64,000 nt of DNA from positions 8,414,761 through 8,478,760 of the forward strand of contig SMSO01000031.1 in the NCBI GenBank assembly GCA_004764695.1, written 5' to 3'. The notes beneath the pieces are model-generated. The model saw only the letters and a list, made by a program, of their open reading frames with translations, was not told the origin of the DNA and ran no database searches. Shown here piece by piece: positions 49,068 to 62,112 of this stretch. This DNA is from Schizochytrium sp. TIO01 (lineage: Eukaryota; Protista; Bigyra: Labyrinthulomycetes). The translations under genes and the position numbers were made by a program. Each line of letters begins with the position of its first letter. Positions within the stretch are counted from its first letter, which is position 1.

Positions 49068-51376
49068 TTATGTGCATGCGGGGGGGTCTTTACTAAGCAA
49101 TCCCTCTGACCTGCGACGCTCATAAGATCTCAACATAGCCTTGGACGAAATGATGTTGGGGTCGTTCTTTGGAAGCGCCTTGGATCGAATGGTCAAGACT
49201 TGTTTTGAGAGCTCAATAGACATCTTATAATTGCCAGCATCACCGAATACAGCCGCCGAAGTCTCAAGAATGTTGGAAAGTTCGAGAGAATTTGGTCCGT
49301 GGATTTGTTGAGCAAAGGCTGCGGCCACTGTAAGGTGCATGAGAGCACGCTCAACCTCTGGGGTTTCGCCAGAAATCAAGACATCAGCCTTTTGTACAAG
49401 TAAACGGACGACCTTGAGGGTTGATTTCTTTCATGGCGCGGGAAACGGATTTATGGCGCGCCTCTTCGATAGTTTTCAGAGCTTTCTTGTGATTTTCCTG
49501 ACCACTTGGAATAGCAAGAGCCTCCAAAACCTCGTGGAAGACATCTTTTGCGTCTTCGTGATTAGAGTAAATTTGCTCAAAGTAAATCTCGATGGCTTGA
49601 TCATATTGCTGTTGAGCCTTGTCAAACATCGACTGGACACGGTAGATCTCACCCAGGTTGGAGTGCGTCGAGGCAAGCTTAGGGTGAGTCTTACCGAGCT
49701 GCGTCTCGCGGATGCTGAGCGCCTCTTCACAGTATGAGATAGCCATATTGAAATCACCGGCCTGCAGTAAGACGTGAGCTGCGTTGTTGAGAGCAACTGC
49801 AAGTCGCGGAGAGTCTTCGCCGTAAATCTCACGGTAGATATCGATTGCTTGTTCGTAGTATGCAGTCGCCTGCTCTACAGCAGAGTCACCACCAACTTCC
49901 ATCGTAACCTTCAGCGAGGATGCGGAGTAGTGTAGCGGTTTCCGCAGTGTTTCCAAACTTGGACTTGAACAAGGGGAGGGCTTCCTGGGCAAGGTCGAGG
50001 GCCTCGGTGGCAAAACCGAGGCGCTGCTGGCAGCTGGCAAGGTCGCTAAGAAGTCGAGCCACACGGGCGTTGCGACTGCCAAGCTCCTTACGTAGAACAT
50101 CGAGAGCCTCCTGGTAAAATGCACGAGCCTGAGCGAAGTCTTCCGCCGCAAAGAGAAGCTGTCCTGCACGGTGGAGGAGCGCCCCGAACCATGCAATAGC
50201 AGATCCAGGTTCGAGACCAGACCTTTTGGTGTCAACAGCCTTGAGTGCGCTTTCGGCAAGCCATTGACGAATGCAGGCATTAAAGGTGGTGTTAGCAGCC
50301 TTGAGGTTGCCATAGCCCTGGTCCAGGGCCTCCTCGAGTACGCTGCGATCATGAATGTTACGGCACCTCGAGCTCATGACGTCGTACCACGTCTGCGCAA
50401 TGGAGACCACCATTTGAGGGTTGTGCTGCAAGGCAGCTGCAAACCTGTCCTCTTCTTCTGCCACTGTTACAATGTGGAAGGGCTTCTTGGATTCCATGCC
50501 AGCGAGAACCTCAAAGATGCACCAGGATCTCGACAAAGGCACTGGGTCAAGCCAAGACTTGAAAAACAAGAGCCTATCCCTGAACTTCCCAAGCGCCACC
50601 TTGGTTCTCCTCAATAGCTCTTTCGTCATTGCTGCCTCTTCATTGCAGCCAGCCTCGCCATAATCGTTCTCGCTCGCTCGCACTTGGTTAGCGCACAAAA
50701 TGTCGAGCCAAATGAAGGTCTTTTCTTTGTGACAAGCCGCGTAGTGGTACCTGAGAGCACTCAAGAGGGTTGCAAACTTAGTAGCACGCGGTACTGCAAG
50801 ATATGCTCCTTCGAAAGGCTCACCCAGAACGGCTTGACCGTTTTCAAGAACCTCCTTCGCATAGACGCCTCCACGGCGTTCGCGCATTGCAGGAAGTACA
50901 ACGAACTGACACACATCCTCCATGGTCCACTCTCGACGCGACTTCGTACGGACCTCTCGTCCTAGTTCCAATTCGTACTCTCCTTCTGGGACTGGTGTCG
51001 AGGCCCGACGGTTCTTCATGAACGTCGGCTCGAACCTGAATGGAGATGTACACACGAGCATGTTTCCTTCCCGCCTTAAGATTCTCACGGACTGACCTCT
51101 TTTGAGCTTTCGTTTTCTTGAAGCTCGCAAACATTCTCCGAGTTCAATTCCTTCGGCTTCGGATCCATCCCGAATCCGTGAGTACAGATCCTCCAAGCTC
51201 GCCAAGCTTACGCCACGAAATGTCGCCAGGGCGTCATCGCCCACATCTTCCAGAGCAGCATCTTTCTCCTCCTCTTCTTGCGACAAAGAGTTTCCTCCAC
51301 GAGACAGCACAGAGTCAGAAAGCGTACGCTGCACAGCCCTTTTCACGGACTTTCGCAGCTGGCTCACGCGCTTCAT
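49068..51376 (-). CDS. HET/TIR-like N-terminal domain plus kinesin-light-chain-type TPR repeats (~770 aa), interrupted by two apparent +1 frameshifts (~49909 and ~49413)
   Basis: FIWLDILCANQ and PVPLSRSWCIFE motifs. TPR units such as ALNNAAHVLLQAGDFNMAISYCEEALSIRETQLGKTHP continue across three successive frames. Confidence 0.8.
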
Positions 51377-52301
51377 CTGTGTCGATTCTGGTTTTGATGT
51401 GAAGATTTATGAAGTGAATGATTGAGCGAATGAATCCCAATTCCGCACGAGAGCTTTCCTAGAAGTGACTTCGACACCTGAAATACCACGAAGAATTAAG
51501 CTAGCGGATAACGTACAGCCCTTGCTTCTGCTTCTTCTTTATCTTGACTCCGTGGAGCAGACCTTCTGTGGTGGAGAGACCTTCGTCAAGAGGGTTGGCG
51601 CTGTCTCAATCAAGGCGATTCGATTCAAATAGATCGCGAGCTGGTGTAACCAGGTCCACTTCGACTGCCTTTTTCTCCTTTGCTTGCTCGTCTACTTTCG
51701 CCGTTCTGCTTCAAGCACCTTGCGCACGTCCTGGGCCCCCGCCGCCGAGGCCGAGCGGTCTGGCGCTTCGGAGAAGCGGTTTGCTTCGCTGGGTGAGCGA
51801 GCGATAGGCTATTGAAGAGCGGGCGAGAGAGGGAGTGAGTGATTGAGTGCGTGAATGATTGATTGATTGATTGTTTGTTTGTTTGTTTGAGTGAGTGAGT
51901 GAACGACGAACGAGTGAGTGAATGGGTGAGCGCCTCTTCTTCCTCCTCGTGCTTCGAAGGAGCTCGCAAGCACCTGGTGCTGCCAAGCTGACTTTGTGAG
52001 GCTGTGTGCCGATTTGCTGGCAAGCTTGCTCCGGGCTGCTTGAGCCTATTCTGATCGATTGAATGAATGAATGACTGACAGGCTCATCACCTTGGTCGAA
52101 ATTTCGATTCTTAGTGTGTGCACGTGTATCGATAGATATGTGTGTAAATGTAGTGTGACTTTAAAAATGTATCGAGTTATGCTAGTAGTGCTTATTATAT
52201 AGTATAGGAGTGCGATTCTTTAACCTTTAGAAAAGTAAAGTGGAAAATGAGTGAATTACTAGTAGCCAGTAGCTACTATATACCGTAGTGTAAATTATTA
52301 A

Positions 52302-52333
52302 AACAAACAAACAAACAAACAAACAAACAAACA
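52302..52333. repeat. (AAAC)n microsatellite
   Basis: About 8 units. Confidence 0.9.
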
Positions 52334-52399
52334 AAAAAGGAAAGAAAAGAATGGAAAGAATTTGTTTAAAATTATGAAAATAAATCATTACCAGGAATA

Positions 52400-54540
52400 A
52401 ACAAGACACTCATGGCTCCTTCATCTTGATGGTTATCGCTAAGGTTTGACATCTCGATATTGCTTTAAGCTTCGAAGAGTTAAGGATGCAAGCTATTCTT
52501 CTTGATGACGGCGGATTACCATTACACGGAGGGTGGAGAATCAGGGAATATTCAATTCAGGGTCTATTCTCATGATCATCTCAAGTTATCTTCAAATTAT
52601 GATTGTATACGGTGTGCGCTCCGTTCCTTACAGGCAGTTTTCCAAAAGCGCCACCATACTGGCTGTTAGAGTCCTATAAGTCACTCAAGATCATGGCGGC
52701 CACCGCCACCAGCCGCATCATCACCATTATCAGCAAGATCTATTCATTGATCGCTATTAGGTTATTCAAGTTCTCTGGGATGATACTCATTTATTATGTA
52801 TCATCGAATGAGCCTGAGGTGAGTACAACTACTCCCTCGTTACATCATGAAAGCTGTAATCATTGGATTCTTCGTTTAGTTGAGAGTGTGTGCACAGTGT
52901 CCTAAAGCAGAGGGAAGAATACGGGCTTGCAATATCGAGTGGGGGGAGGTCGAGGCAACTCTGGAGGGTGCCCCCAAAGATCTCAGGCTCCCAAACCCAG
53001 CCCAAGCGGTGCTCACCTTCTCTTCTAGCAGCACTTGTTTCGGAAATCCAAAGCCTGCTGCAACTTGAACATGGACATTGTCTCCAAGTACGTAATCAAA
53101 GACCATGAAGAATGAGACTCACTAAAAATCAAGTTTTAAATAAATAAAATTAAAATTAAAATTAAAATTAAAAACAAAAAATACAAAAAACATTGTCTCA
53201 AGTTCAACTTGTTTTCTCAAGTTCTTTCAACTCTAACGCGTGAAAGTGTGCGGATAAAAGAGGGAGAAGGAACTTGAAAGAAACCTTCAGAGAAAGAAAA
53301 GGAAGATCGAAGTGTCCACAATTAAACTCTCAAATTGATCAATACCATCCGACAACTTAGGTAGCAGGTACCTCCATCGACTTGAGGGTCAATACCAAAC
53401 CAATCAAGTTGAGCTTCTTGAATACCAATGAGCAATCATAAATTCTTGAATTGCTCATTGGTCCTGAGATGGGCCTATCAGGATGGGTGCACTTCGCTAG
53501 CAGTTATGTGGGAGTGGGTGCGGGGAGGTCTCAGGAATAGGCTACTGTACGCAAGTGGGAAAATAGGCAGTTTAGTTCACTTGCACAAGTGGGAAATGGC
53601 TATGCGCAAGTAGACTATTCCAGAGCCAGCGACAACCGGGAGAAGACAGACACAAAGACAGACAGACAGACAGACGGACGCAGCAGTGTGAAAAAGCTTC
53701 AGTAAGGAGCTCGCTAGGTAGGAGTAGTAGATACTTAGAGTTTTTATTTTGATCTTCACGTTGTCATAGGCCGTTCTAAGTTGTTTTCCATTGACTGCAG
53801 TCTGAAGGAATACGAGTGAAGAATCGTGATCATCGGAACTTGGGGACAGCGGACTTAAAGAAGAGTCGTGTCTCTCAGCTAGCTTGGTCACTTGTAGTCG
53901 CAGCCAGTTTTTAACAGGATTGAAAAGCAAAGGGTGAGCAACTTCGATGCGTAGAAGCTCTCCAATGACACTTGAGTCCTAGGATTATTGAAAGATTCCA
54001 TGGAGCTGTGAATACATACTTCGTTAGCGAACACCTATTCACTCAATTCATGCATGCTTCAGATCGTCGTTAATCAACTCTTGAACTTGAATGAGTAAAA
54101 ATTGAGAGCAGAACGTTGTCTTGGATTTATTTTTCAATTTTCTTATCTTCCTCGCACACCCTAGACTCTGGTAGGTAGTTTTGGCAGGCAACTGGAGATG
54201 CAGTACCCTACCATTCTTAGAATTCACATTGCAACTCAGCGACATCCCCACTTCTAACTTGAAAGTCAATATTCAGCCTACCTAAAACTAGGCCTAGCAT
54301 CGATCACTACTATGTCTTCCATCATCAGCCTCCATCAACAAAGCAATGGCGGGTGTGCGTGCGTGGCTCAGATTTCTCGCCATCGGCCCCTCCTGAAGTA
54401 TCTATCACACGTCTGAGTTGGTTGTTGTGCAGCGAGACTCCAAGTTGAGCAGGCGGTTCTCTGAGGGGCTGGGATGTTTCCTTGTGCCTAGGCGAGTCAG
54501 AAAGGATTCGAGTTCGAAAATTCTTCAATTCATTCACGCG
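52400..54540 (+). ncRNA. Candidate structured non-coding block(s)
   Basis: Perfect 13-bp hairpin ACCAATGAGCAAT 53424-53436 / ATTGCTCATTGGT 53450-53462. GAGCCTGAGG 52810-52819 / TCTCAGGCTC 52981-52990. Tight hairpin TGGCGG/CCGCCA near 52694. Confidence 0.42.
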
Positions 54541-54572
54541 CCAGATGCACGTGCCCAAATCTAATTTTCAAC

Positions 54573-54669
<97 letters not shown>
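54573..54669. repeat. (CTA)n microsatellite
   Basis: About 32 perfect units. Confidence 0.97.
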
Positions 54670-57600
54670 CAGAACCATTACATAGATTTTTATTTATACA
54701 ACCTCAGCCTGTTTAATTTTAATTTTATTTTTTTTTAATTGAAAAAGGATTCTTAGTTATAGATAGGACCTACTATGGCAGGAAACTATGGATGGCCGCC
54801 TACTAACCTACTCGAGATAACTTGAAGAAAAGCTAACTAACAAGTTCCCAAGTTCTTTGAAGTTCTACAGTAAAAGAGGAAAAAGTAGCACTTAATAACT
54901 CTAGAGATAGGCAGAAGCAATTAAAAACAACAAAACCGCAAAAAACAAAGAAAATCAAGTCCCCAATTTGGAGCAAAGAATCTGAATTTCAACAGCTTAG
55001 AGTTGACGGTTATCTCGATCTTTCGATCGTGCGGAGCTCAGCATTCGCGACCGTAGTAGATTGTTGTGGCGTGTCTCAATTCCCCAGAGGAAAACAGCAT
55101 GTCAGCCATGTTAAAAATGAAAACTTCCTACTAGGTTAAAAACTTTTATAAGTAGGTACTACTATTAGGTCGGCATCAAAGCACGTGCGAAATAAGTTGC
55201 GCATTTGTAAAATGGTCTCGTCGCCAAGACCTTCAATGAAAGTGATCAAACGAATAAATCTTATCCGCAGTGGCGAGTCCAGGTGTCGAGAAAGATAGGC
55301 TTTAGACAACTCAGCAAACTCGATGGCAAGGGGTATCAGGATCTCGTGAAATATTGTTCCTGCTTTTTCGTTCTTGTTTGTCGTTGCTGTGACGGCAGGT
55401 GCAGCGAAGGAGGGAAGTGGCGCGAGGCAAGGCCACGCGAACTAAAATAGAAGTGACAAAACAAAAAAAGCAGCTCGCTGCGAGGGATTCTCGAAACGAC
55501 ACGAAGTCGGGCGTGTGGATATAGAGTTATTTGGATGGCCACGGGCAAATTTTGCGATCGCCACTCCAAGTCTGCAGACACTCCATTCATTCTGTAGCCA
55601 CAACAGTAGAGGCTTTTCGATATTGAAATCAAAGCATCTGCACTTTCACTCACTCATTTCTCAACTCGAAGAAAATCGAACTTTAAGCTTCTCGTTTATC
55701 CCTTCACCCACATACTTGCTTGCATATTCACTCGCTCGGCCGCTCATCTGCTGATGAGATTTCAATTTCTTCCTTAGAAGGCTCCTCGCCAAACGTGAAG
55801 GCTGTCTGACAGCGAGTAAACCAGTGAATTTCTTACTTTATAGTGAATGTATGACAGCGATTGAGTGAGCAATCTCAGCACCCTCGCTCCCCCCTTCCAG
55901 GAATATGCCTGCCCCTCTTCCGCAGGTCCGCATCTCGTGACCTAGTACGAGGCACTACTAAATATACCTACTACTACTACTACTACTACAACTTGACGAA
56001 TCGAAAGATCGTTCATGTGCAAGGTACGGGGCTCTGAAAAAGTAATTGCAGCAATTATTGTGTCGATCTCCTAGGACGGCGAAGCCTGCTTGTGTTTATT
56101 AACATTACATCGCAGTGGGAAAAGACGATAAGCAGGAATTAGATCAGTCGTCACATAGCATAGATTGTAATCGAAGACATTTAATTTTGGCTCTACCAAA
56201 GGTCTACGAGAGGGTTTCACATATGAATTCCATCCATGGGTTCAAGGCGCTGCCATAAATCCTACATGTCTCAGCACTTCATAAGCTTGCGAAATCATAC
56301 CAGGCTACTCCTTTCAATTCTTTGAGTTGGGTAAAAAGTGTCCCTTTTCGCTGAGTTTTCTGTGCCCGCTCGATTGGTTGCCCCGATCTGGGCCTTCACG
56401 AAAGCAAAGAAAACAATTCAAAGAGAAAAACTTATTTTATTAAAAAAAAAAACACCCACTTTGTCCAATTACTTGACAAAACTCTAAATTTGAATAAGGA
56501 TTTATATTTGAGGAGGGATCCCTCGTTGACTACGTGTGTCTAATCGGGGTCTCGGCCCATGTTTCATGAAATTAAGATGGTAAACTCCTAGTGTTCAATT
56601 TGCCCTGTCAATATATTGTCTTTGCGAAATTTTGGAGTGTCCTGGGTATTAACTATTGAAGATGGTAGGAGTTCATAAAGATTACCATATTGCTCTAGCA
56701 GATGTTCTGAGATTTGTAGGTAGGTACTTATGTGCGTCAATGCTGTAGATAGATTGTTATTGATCACTTCGCTCGTACCGGGGCTTTAAGGGTCACAGCA
56801 GGGCTCGTCGCCACACAAATGAGCACCGTACCTGAAATTTTTCTGGAGCCATGGAACGGAAAGTATCGCAAGCGCTCAATAACTAAACGCTTTCTTTAGA
56901 GACCCGGCGGCCAAGTCTAGACCTTGTCGTGAATAGCACATTCCTAAAATTTTGTACAGAATTCTCAACATAATTGTGGAATCCGATATCAACTCTCTGA
57001 ATATATTGGCTGCTATGCAGTTCTAGCTTCGTAAACTTAAAAAGAGATATTCGAAGGACTTACAAGCGCATGTGTCACGAAGCTAAATCTGATATCAAAT
57101 ATATTTACTGTGACTTTGACGCTGCTGCAAGTGTCGTGATGTGTAGCAGTATGACAAGTACTGTTTCTTCTTATTCATTAATTGATCTGTTTGTGAGCTT
57201 GCTTCGTGAGAAGTTTTGGTAAGGCGTGTTGCGAAGCTGGAGGCAGCTCGAACAAGTCTAGGCATTCATTCACATCTTGAATGATAATTCTTCAGTACAT
57301 ATCTCCATATGCATCGACAGCGTTCGGGTTTGACGGTGTTCTGACTGAACCTGTAATTGCCTCAAAGGTCCAACCTATAACCATGTCTAGAATTGATCAT
57401 CTCGAATTTAAAACGGGAAAGGTATATGCGTCAACTATGTATAGACTTTGATCGAGGGTTTTGCAAATGAACAATAAACCATCTATAGTCTCGGATTGTT
57501 CTTGTTCATTAAGGGCATTTTATTAGCCTACCATTCGAAGGGGCGCTACCGAATTCAGTGTATTACCAAAGAAAAATCATTTTGGGGGTTAGCTCTATGT

Positions 57601-58346
57601 GATCTCCAAAAAAGTCTTTGTAGGCATTGGTTCGAGTACTCAAGCTATATGCGTTAAGGCGACTGTCGCTGCTCTTTTATTTCCCGATCTAGTTAATCGT
57701 ACACAGTGAGGAGTGGCTTAGAGCAGTTCTCGCGGCGATTACACCAATTGCGTTTGAGGAGGACCTTCCCACATTTTCGAAACGGCAGTGCATGCTTGTA
57801 TTATTTTGAAAAGTAAAGATATCAATACAAAATTTCAAGCTCATGTTTCTTTCCCTCGGCTTACCAGTATATTAATTTAGCGTGCTTCGCCGCAGTAGAC
57901 GATTTATTTCAGGGCAGCGATGGCTTGGTGACTCATCCAGGAAAAAAAGTGATAATTCACTTCTAATCAGTTGTCTAAGGACAAGTTTGTTTCGTATTCA
58001 TAGTCTTTTCACATGAAAACTCGAGATCTCTGGCCACAAATCACAGCTCCCTGTGGTGATAAAGTCAGGCTTACAGCCTCCTCGAAATGCTCAATTCTGA
58101 ACCTCATGTGCACAAAAGTAGTTTCAAATGACTCACAGAGTAATTGAGTTTCCAAGTTCATGAGTCATGAAATTCCAGTCAAAGGCTTCTGGTTTAGTGA
58201 TATTCAATGTTATGAAGATGCTCTTGAAAGACATAATTTGTGTATTCGCTGCCCTTTCAACAAAGTGTGGTCAGCAAATTGAGTTTTCAAGGAATTTAGT
58301 CACATGGCGATTTATACAAATGTCACACCTAAAAACTTGGTTTGCA

Positions 58347-58766
58347 TTGCTAAAAGGTAATTCTGATTAGCTTGAGGTTGACTGTAAAGATGAAGGCAAG
58401 AGGCTTGATGAAGCCTTCAAGAAGGTTGACTTACGAGTTAGCGAAATGCTGTCCTGGAGAATGAATCCCAGGACAGATGGATTCATGTAGAAATTAGGGA
58501 GATTAAGACATTCTTGAAAATGGTTAGAGATAATCGATGGGGTTAGGTTAATCCAACTTCTCCAACCATCGACTCAAGTTACACCATGCTTGGATGTAGG
58601 TAATGTGTATTAACACTTCTAGTTCTTGGCTCCGGCAGCCACATAACTCTGCCTGCCTATTCTTGCTCTATTGTAAATCTTATGTCTACTGGGGTTTTAC
58701 AAAGGGACACAAAGAACTCTAGCAATGTCTTGTCCACTATTTCCTTCAATTGGAGATCTCAGCATG
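58347..58766 (+). repeat. Copy 1 of a ~410-420-nt direct repeat with conserved RNA structure
   Basis: Aligns by eye (roughly 80% identity) to 62113-62522. Confidence 0.9.
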
Positions 58767-61700
58767 CATCTTCAAAACCATTCTTCCTGTATTCAAATTC
58801 TTATCATACCAAGAGATACAGAATCTCGAACAAGTATAAAATTTGATCAGTCATTTTTAGAATATTTCAATTGATCAGTACCAATGTTTTGTTGTTGAAT
58901 CAAGTTCTCGCTCAGCAGGTGCTAAAGAAAACTTAGCATTTCTTTAAATAAATTGAACCTTGAAGCGCAAAGAGCGAAATTTATCACTGAATGCCACCTT
59001 TTAAAGATTGTTGTTGTTGCGGACTGCTGCAGAAAAATTTGACAGACAAGATATAAATCTGCGTTTCAAACGTGAATGATCTATTTATTCAATTATTAAG
59101 CTCTCCAATATCTAATTTTCATAGACCATAAGTGCATTTGGTCATGTGCGGGGACTATTGGACCTTTTCACGCTTATAAAAGAAGAAAGTTTTACTTTTC
59201 TACGTGGTTGATGATAAAGTTCTCCTGCCAACATGATCCTGGCTCATATTAACGTCAAACGTGAAAGACAGTGATAGCCGAAATTTTGTAACAGTTGTTT
59301 AAAATCATATGATCGTTTCCGCATTCACGAAAAGTAAACTGTAAATTGTCAGTGGTCGAAAGAGTAATCTAGCAGGCTGTACTGCCTTTCTTCCTTCTTT
59401 GAGATAGATGTATTATATCAGAGGCTTTTATAGTCAGGAATTAAAACAAGGCCCGGTTGTTGCAATCGGATCAGAGATATTTAATTACAAATCCACAATG
59501 GTACCCGTGGAGTGTTCTTTCGTGTTTCATCTCCACCCAGGCTATACCGCACTAGGATATGAGCAACCCAGGGTCGACCCTGTTACTTCGAAGGCAAAAG
59601 TGCATTTTTTTAATTTTTTTCTTTAAGTAACAACTTGAGAGCAGGCACATGCCTGGCTAAGACAAATGGACAGAAAGGCACACTTATTTGTAATCCCGAC
59701 CACGATGTACCAAGGTACTGCGTACCTATCTATCGCTCTGACAACTGTTTGTAGTAGGCCACCAGGTCACTTTTTACAGATTGTACAACCTAATCTATCT
59801 TTTTTAAAGGTAGAAAGACCAAGGTTGGATGCATAGCAGGAGTTTATTATTATTACCTCAGACGGTGTTTCCTGCTTCACGAATTAGCGTAACATTCATT
59901 CTATGCGCAAACAACTTGCAGAGAGGATGGACTAGATATTCATAAACTTTTTCTCATTAAAAGTCTAATTAGAAAGGAACGTGTAATGGCATGCATGTAA
60001 ATCGAAGATATTGGCATCCATGAATGCAGGCCCTTTTATTTAAGAGTTTAGGGGAAACGAAGAAGAAAGAACCATAGCTTGGTGATTATATTAAAAAACC
60101 ATAAAAACTTTAAATAATACACTAAATGCTAATTATTTAGTCTTGTATTAAAACCACGTCGTTCATAATGTTCAACGAATATAATTCGAAGTGTGTTGTG
60201 ATTCTACTGCATCATGACACCAAGGCTGAAAATGATTACGTACAGCAAGTTTTTCTTATTAATAGTATGTTAAAAGATAAGCGAAAGTGATCCTACCAAA
60301 GGCATGTCAAGCTAGGGTCGTCATAAGACCTCTTTTACATGGTCTGAAGAGGAGACTCGAATCAGTTGAACCTACTGTTTTAATTTTGTTCTGACCCAGG
60401 CTAACCAAAAATATGGTTTGTCTTTCTTGGTCGACTTGTAATCCCAGATGCAAATGTGAATGAGTGAGCTTGGCAAGGTTTGTCTCGCTTTGCTTATCCG
60501 GACAGCTTTCTATGTCTTTCTCCATCTACGTTAAAAATTGCCCAACAACTGCTTGTAAGGTAGGTGAGCTTTGGTCTGAAGAAACATTAAAGAGATTAAA
60601 GCCCTTTCTTGCAATAAGAGGCGCACGCAATTCCCTTTAAATAGGCGTAGTCTAGGTATTTTTGAAAGAAAACTAAAAGAAACTACAGCTTGACGTACGT
60701 GTGTTGGAAGAAATACTTTCGAGTGTCTGGCGAATTAAGGTATGTTAAAAGAGCTACTGGATATCTATGTACTTATGTACTTACAAAAAATGTGCAAGAT
60801 CTGAGCTCATTTAGTTTTTTTGAGATATTCGCGCAGTACTTTTGTAGGGAATTGCGCTTTTGTGGGTGTGCTGACATGCCAGGCACGAAAACAATGCAAA
60901 AAACTTTGCTGGTTTGCCTCCGCGCAAGCCTGATGTGGGTGTTAAGATGTCATGATCTCACGTTGTGGAGCATGCTAGGTGATACGATATCTGATCACAT
61001 TACAAAATCATGTTGTGGGTATTTGGCCTGCCTGTGCTAAATGAATCCACATTGGACGATTCAGATAGGTTAAAAAAGCGATGTTTCTAGAATGACCTTT
61101 ACCATCTCACCAGAAAGTCCTAAGTATGCTATTGTTCATTTTCATGTCATGAACGACATGGAGGTGCAAAGACTCAAGTGCCTGATAAATCTGAAAGTAA
61201 TACTGGCATGCGCAGGTGTCGGCATCGAGGAGATAACACTTACGAACTGGACAGCAACTAACAGGTACTACCTCTACAGCCAATAAAAGTTCAAAGGTCA
61301 ATTCATGAGACTACGTTAAATATCAGACAAAGGAAATTATAACAGACAAGATAGTTGATAATCATGCTAAGGTTTTAGTAGGCGGGCTGTCCTAACTGTG
61401 ACACTGACATTAGGATTCGAATTATTTCACTGTAATCATTAGTGTATTCTATGCACAGCATTATGCGGAAAATCAACGCGAAGCTCCAGCAAACCCCAAA
61501 CTTGGGCATACAGGTAGTATTGTCCTTGAAGCCGGGTTTTCTTCCTATTTTTAAATTCAGTTCGATAAGGGCGACAGTTTGTCCAACACCAACAAAACAT
61601 TGCGATGAGTATAGGTTGTGATGAAATAGATGATATTGCAAATAGTGCGAAAATATCATCTCATTCATCTCCGTCAAATCACCTTTTGAGAAGACAAACC

Positions 61701-62112
61701 ACATTTGAAGAGTTTCCTAATGAACTTTCTGGCCATGAAAGAAACTCCTTGCCTAGGCGTTTAGACCAGATCAGGGTGTTTGTGCAAGCAGCAAGATTTC
61801 GACATCTTGCACACGCAAAAACGTTAGACTTCAAAGCCAGCAACCCTCAGGATCCAGCTGAAGATACTCGACACTTCTTTCGGCCGCGGTTCCTTACGCA
61901 AGATGTATTGCCTACATTTCGATGATTCAGTCATGCCTCATTTCCGTTTTTGCCATACCCAATTTTGTTAATGGAAACTACTGTTGATCATCACATTTTT
62001 GAGCAGCGATTTTTTAAAATTCTTATAATAAAAATATATCAACAAAAGAAACTCCCTTTGCAGTTATTCTCTTGGTATCCACGATGAGACATATGATTTC
62101 CGATGTACTGAT

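Noticed and set aside
49896-49908. 13-nt GT...AG micro-intron that would repair the first TPR frameshift
   Set aside because: Too short for known spliceosomal introns, and no equivalent fixes the other frameshifts.
53330-53460. IGIQE on the minus strand resembling a LINE APE endonuclease
   Set aside because: No other APE or RT motifs in the correct order; it overlaps the perfect hairpin.
54482-54685. Poly-Thr ORF
   Set aside because: It is only the translation of the (CTA)n microsatellite.
58500-58600. TGG/TGA alternation between the two repeat copies on the minus strand, suggesting UGA=Trp coding; also TAACCTAACC as a telomerase template
   Set aside because: The frame also contains TAA/TAG stops, and wobble pairs indicate the + strand is the functional one.
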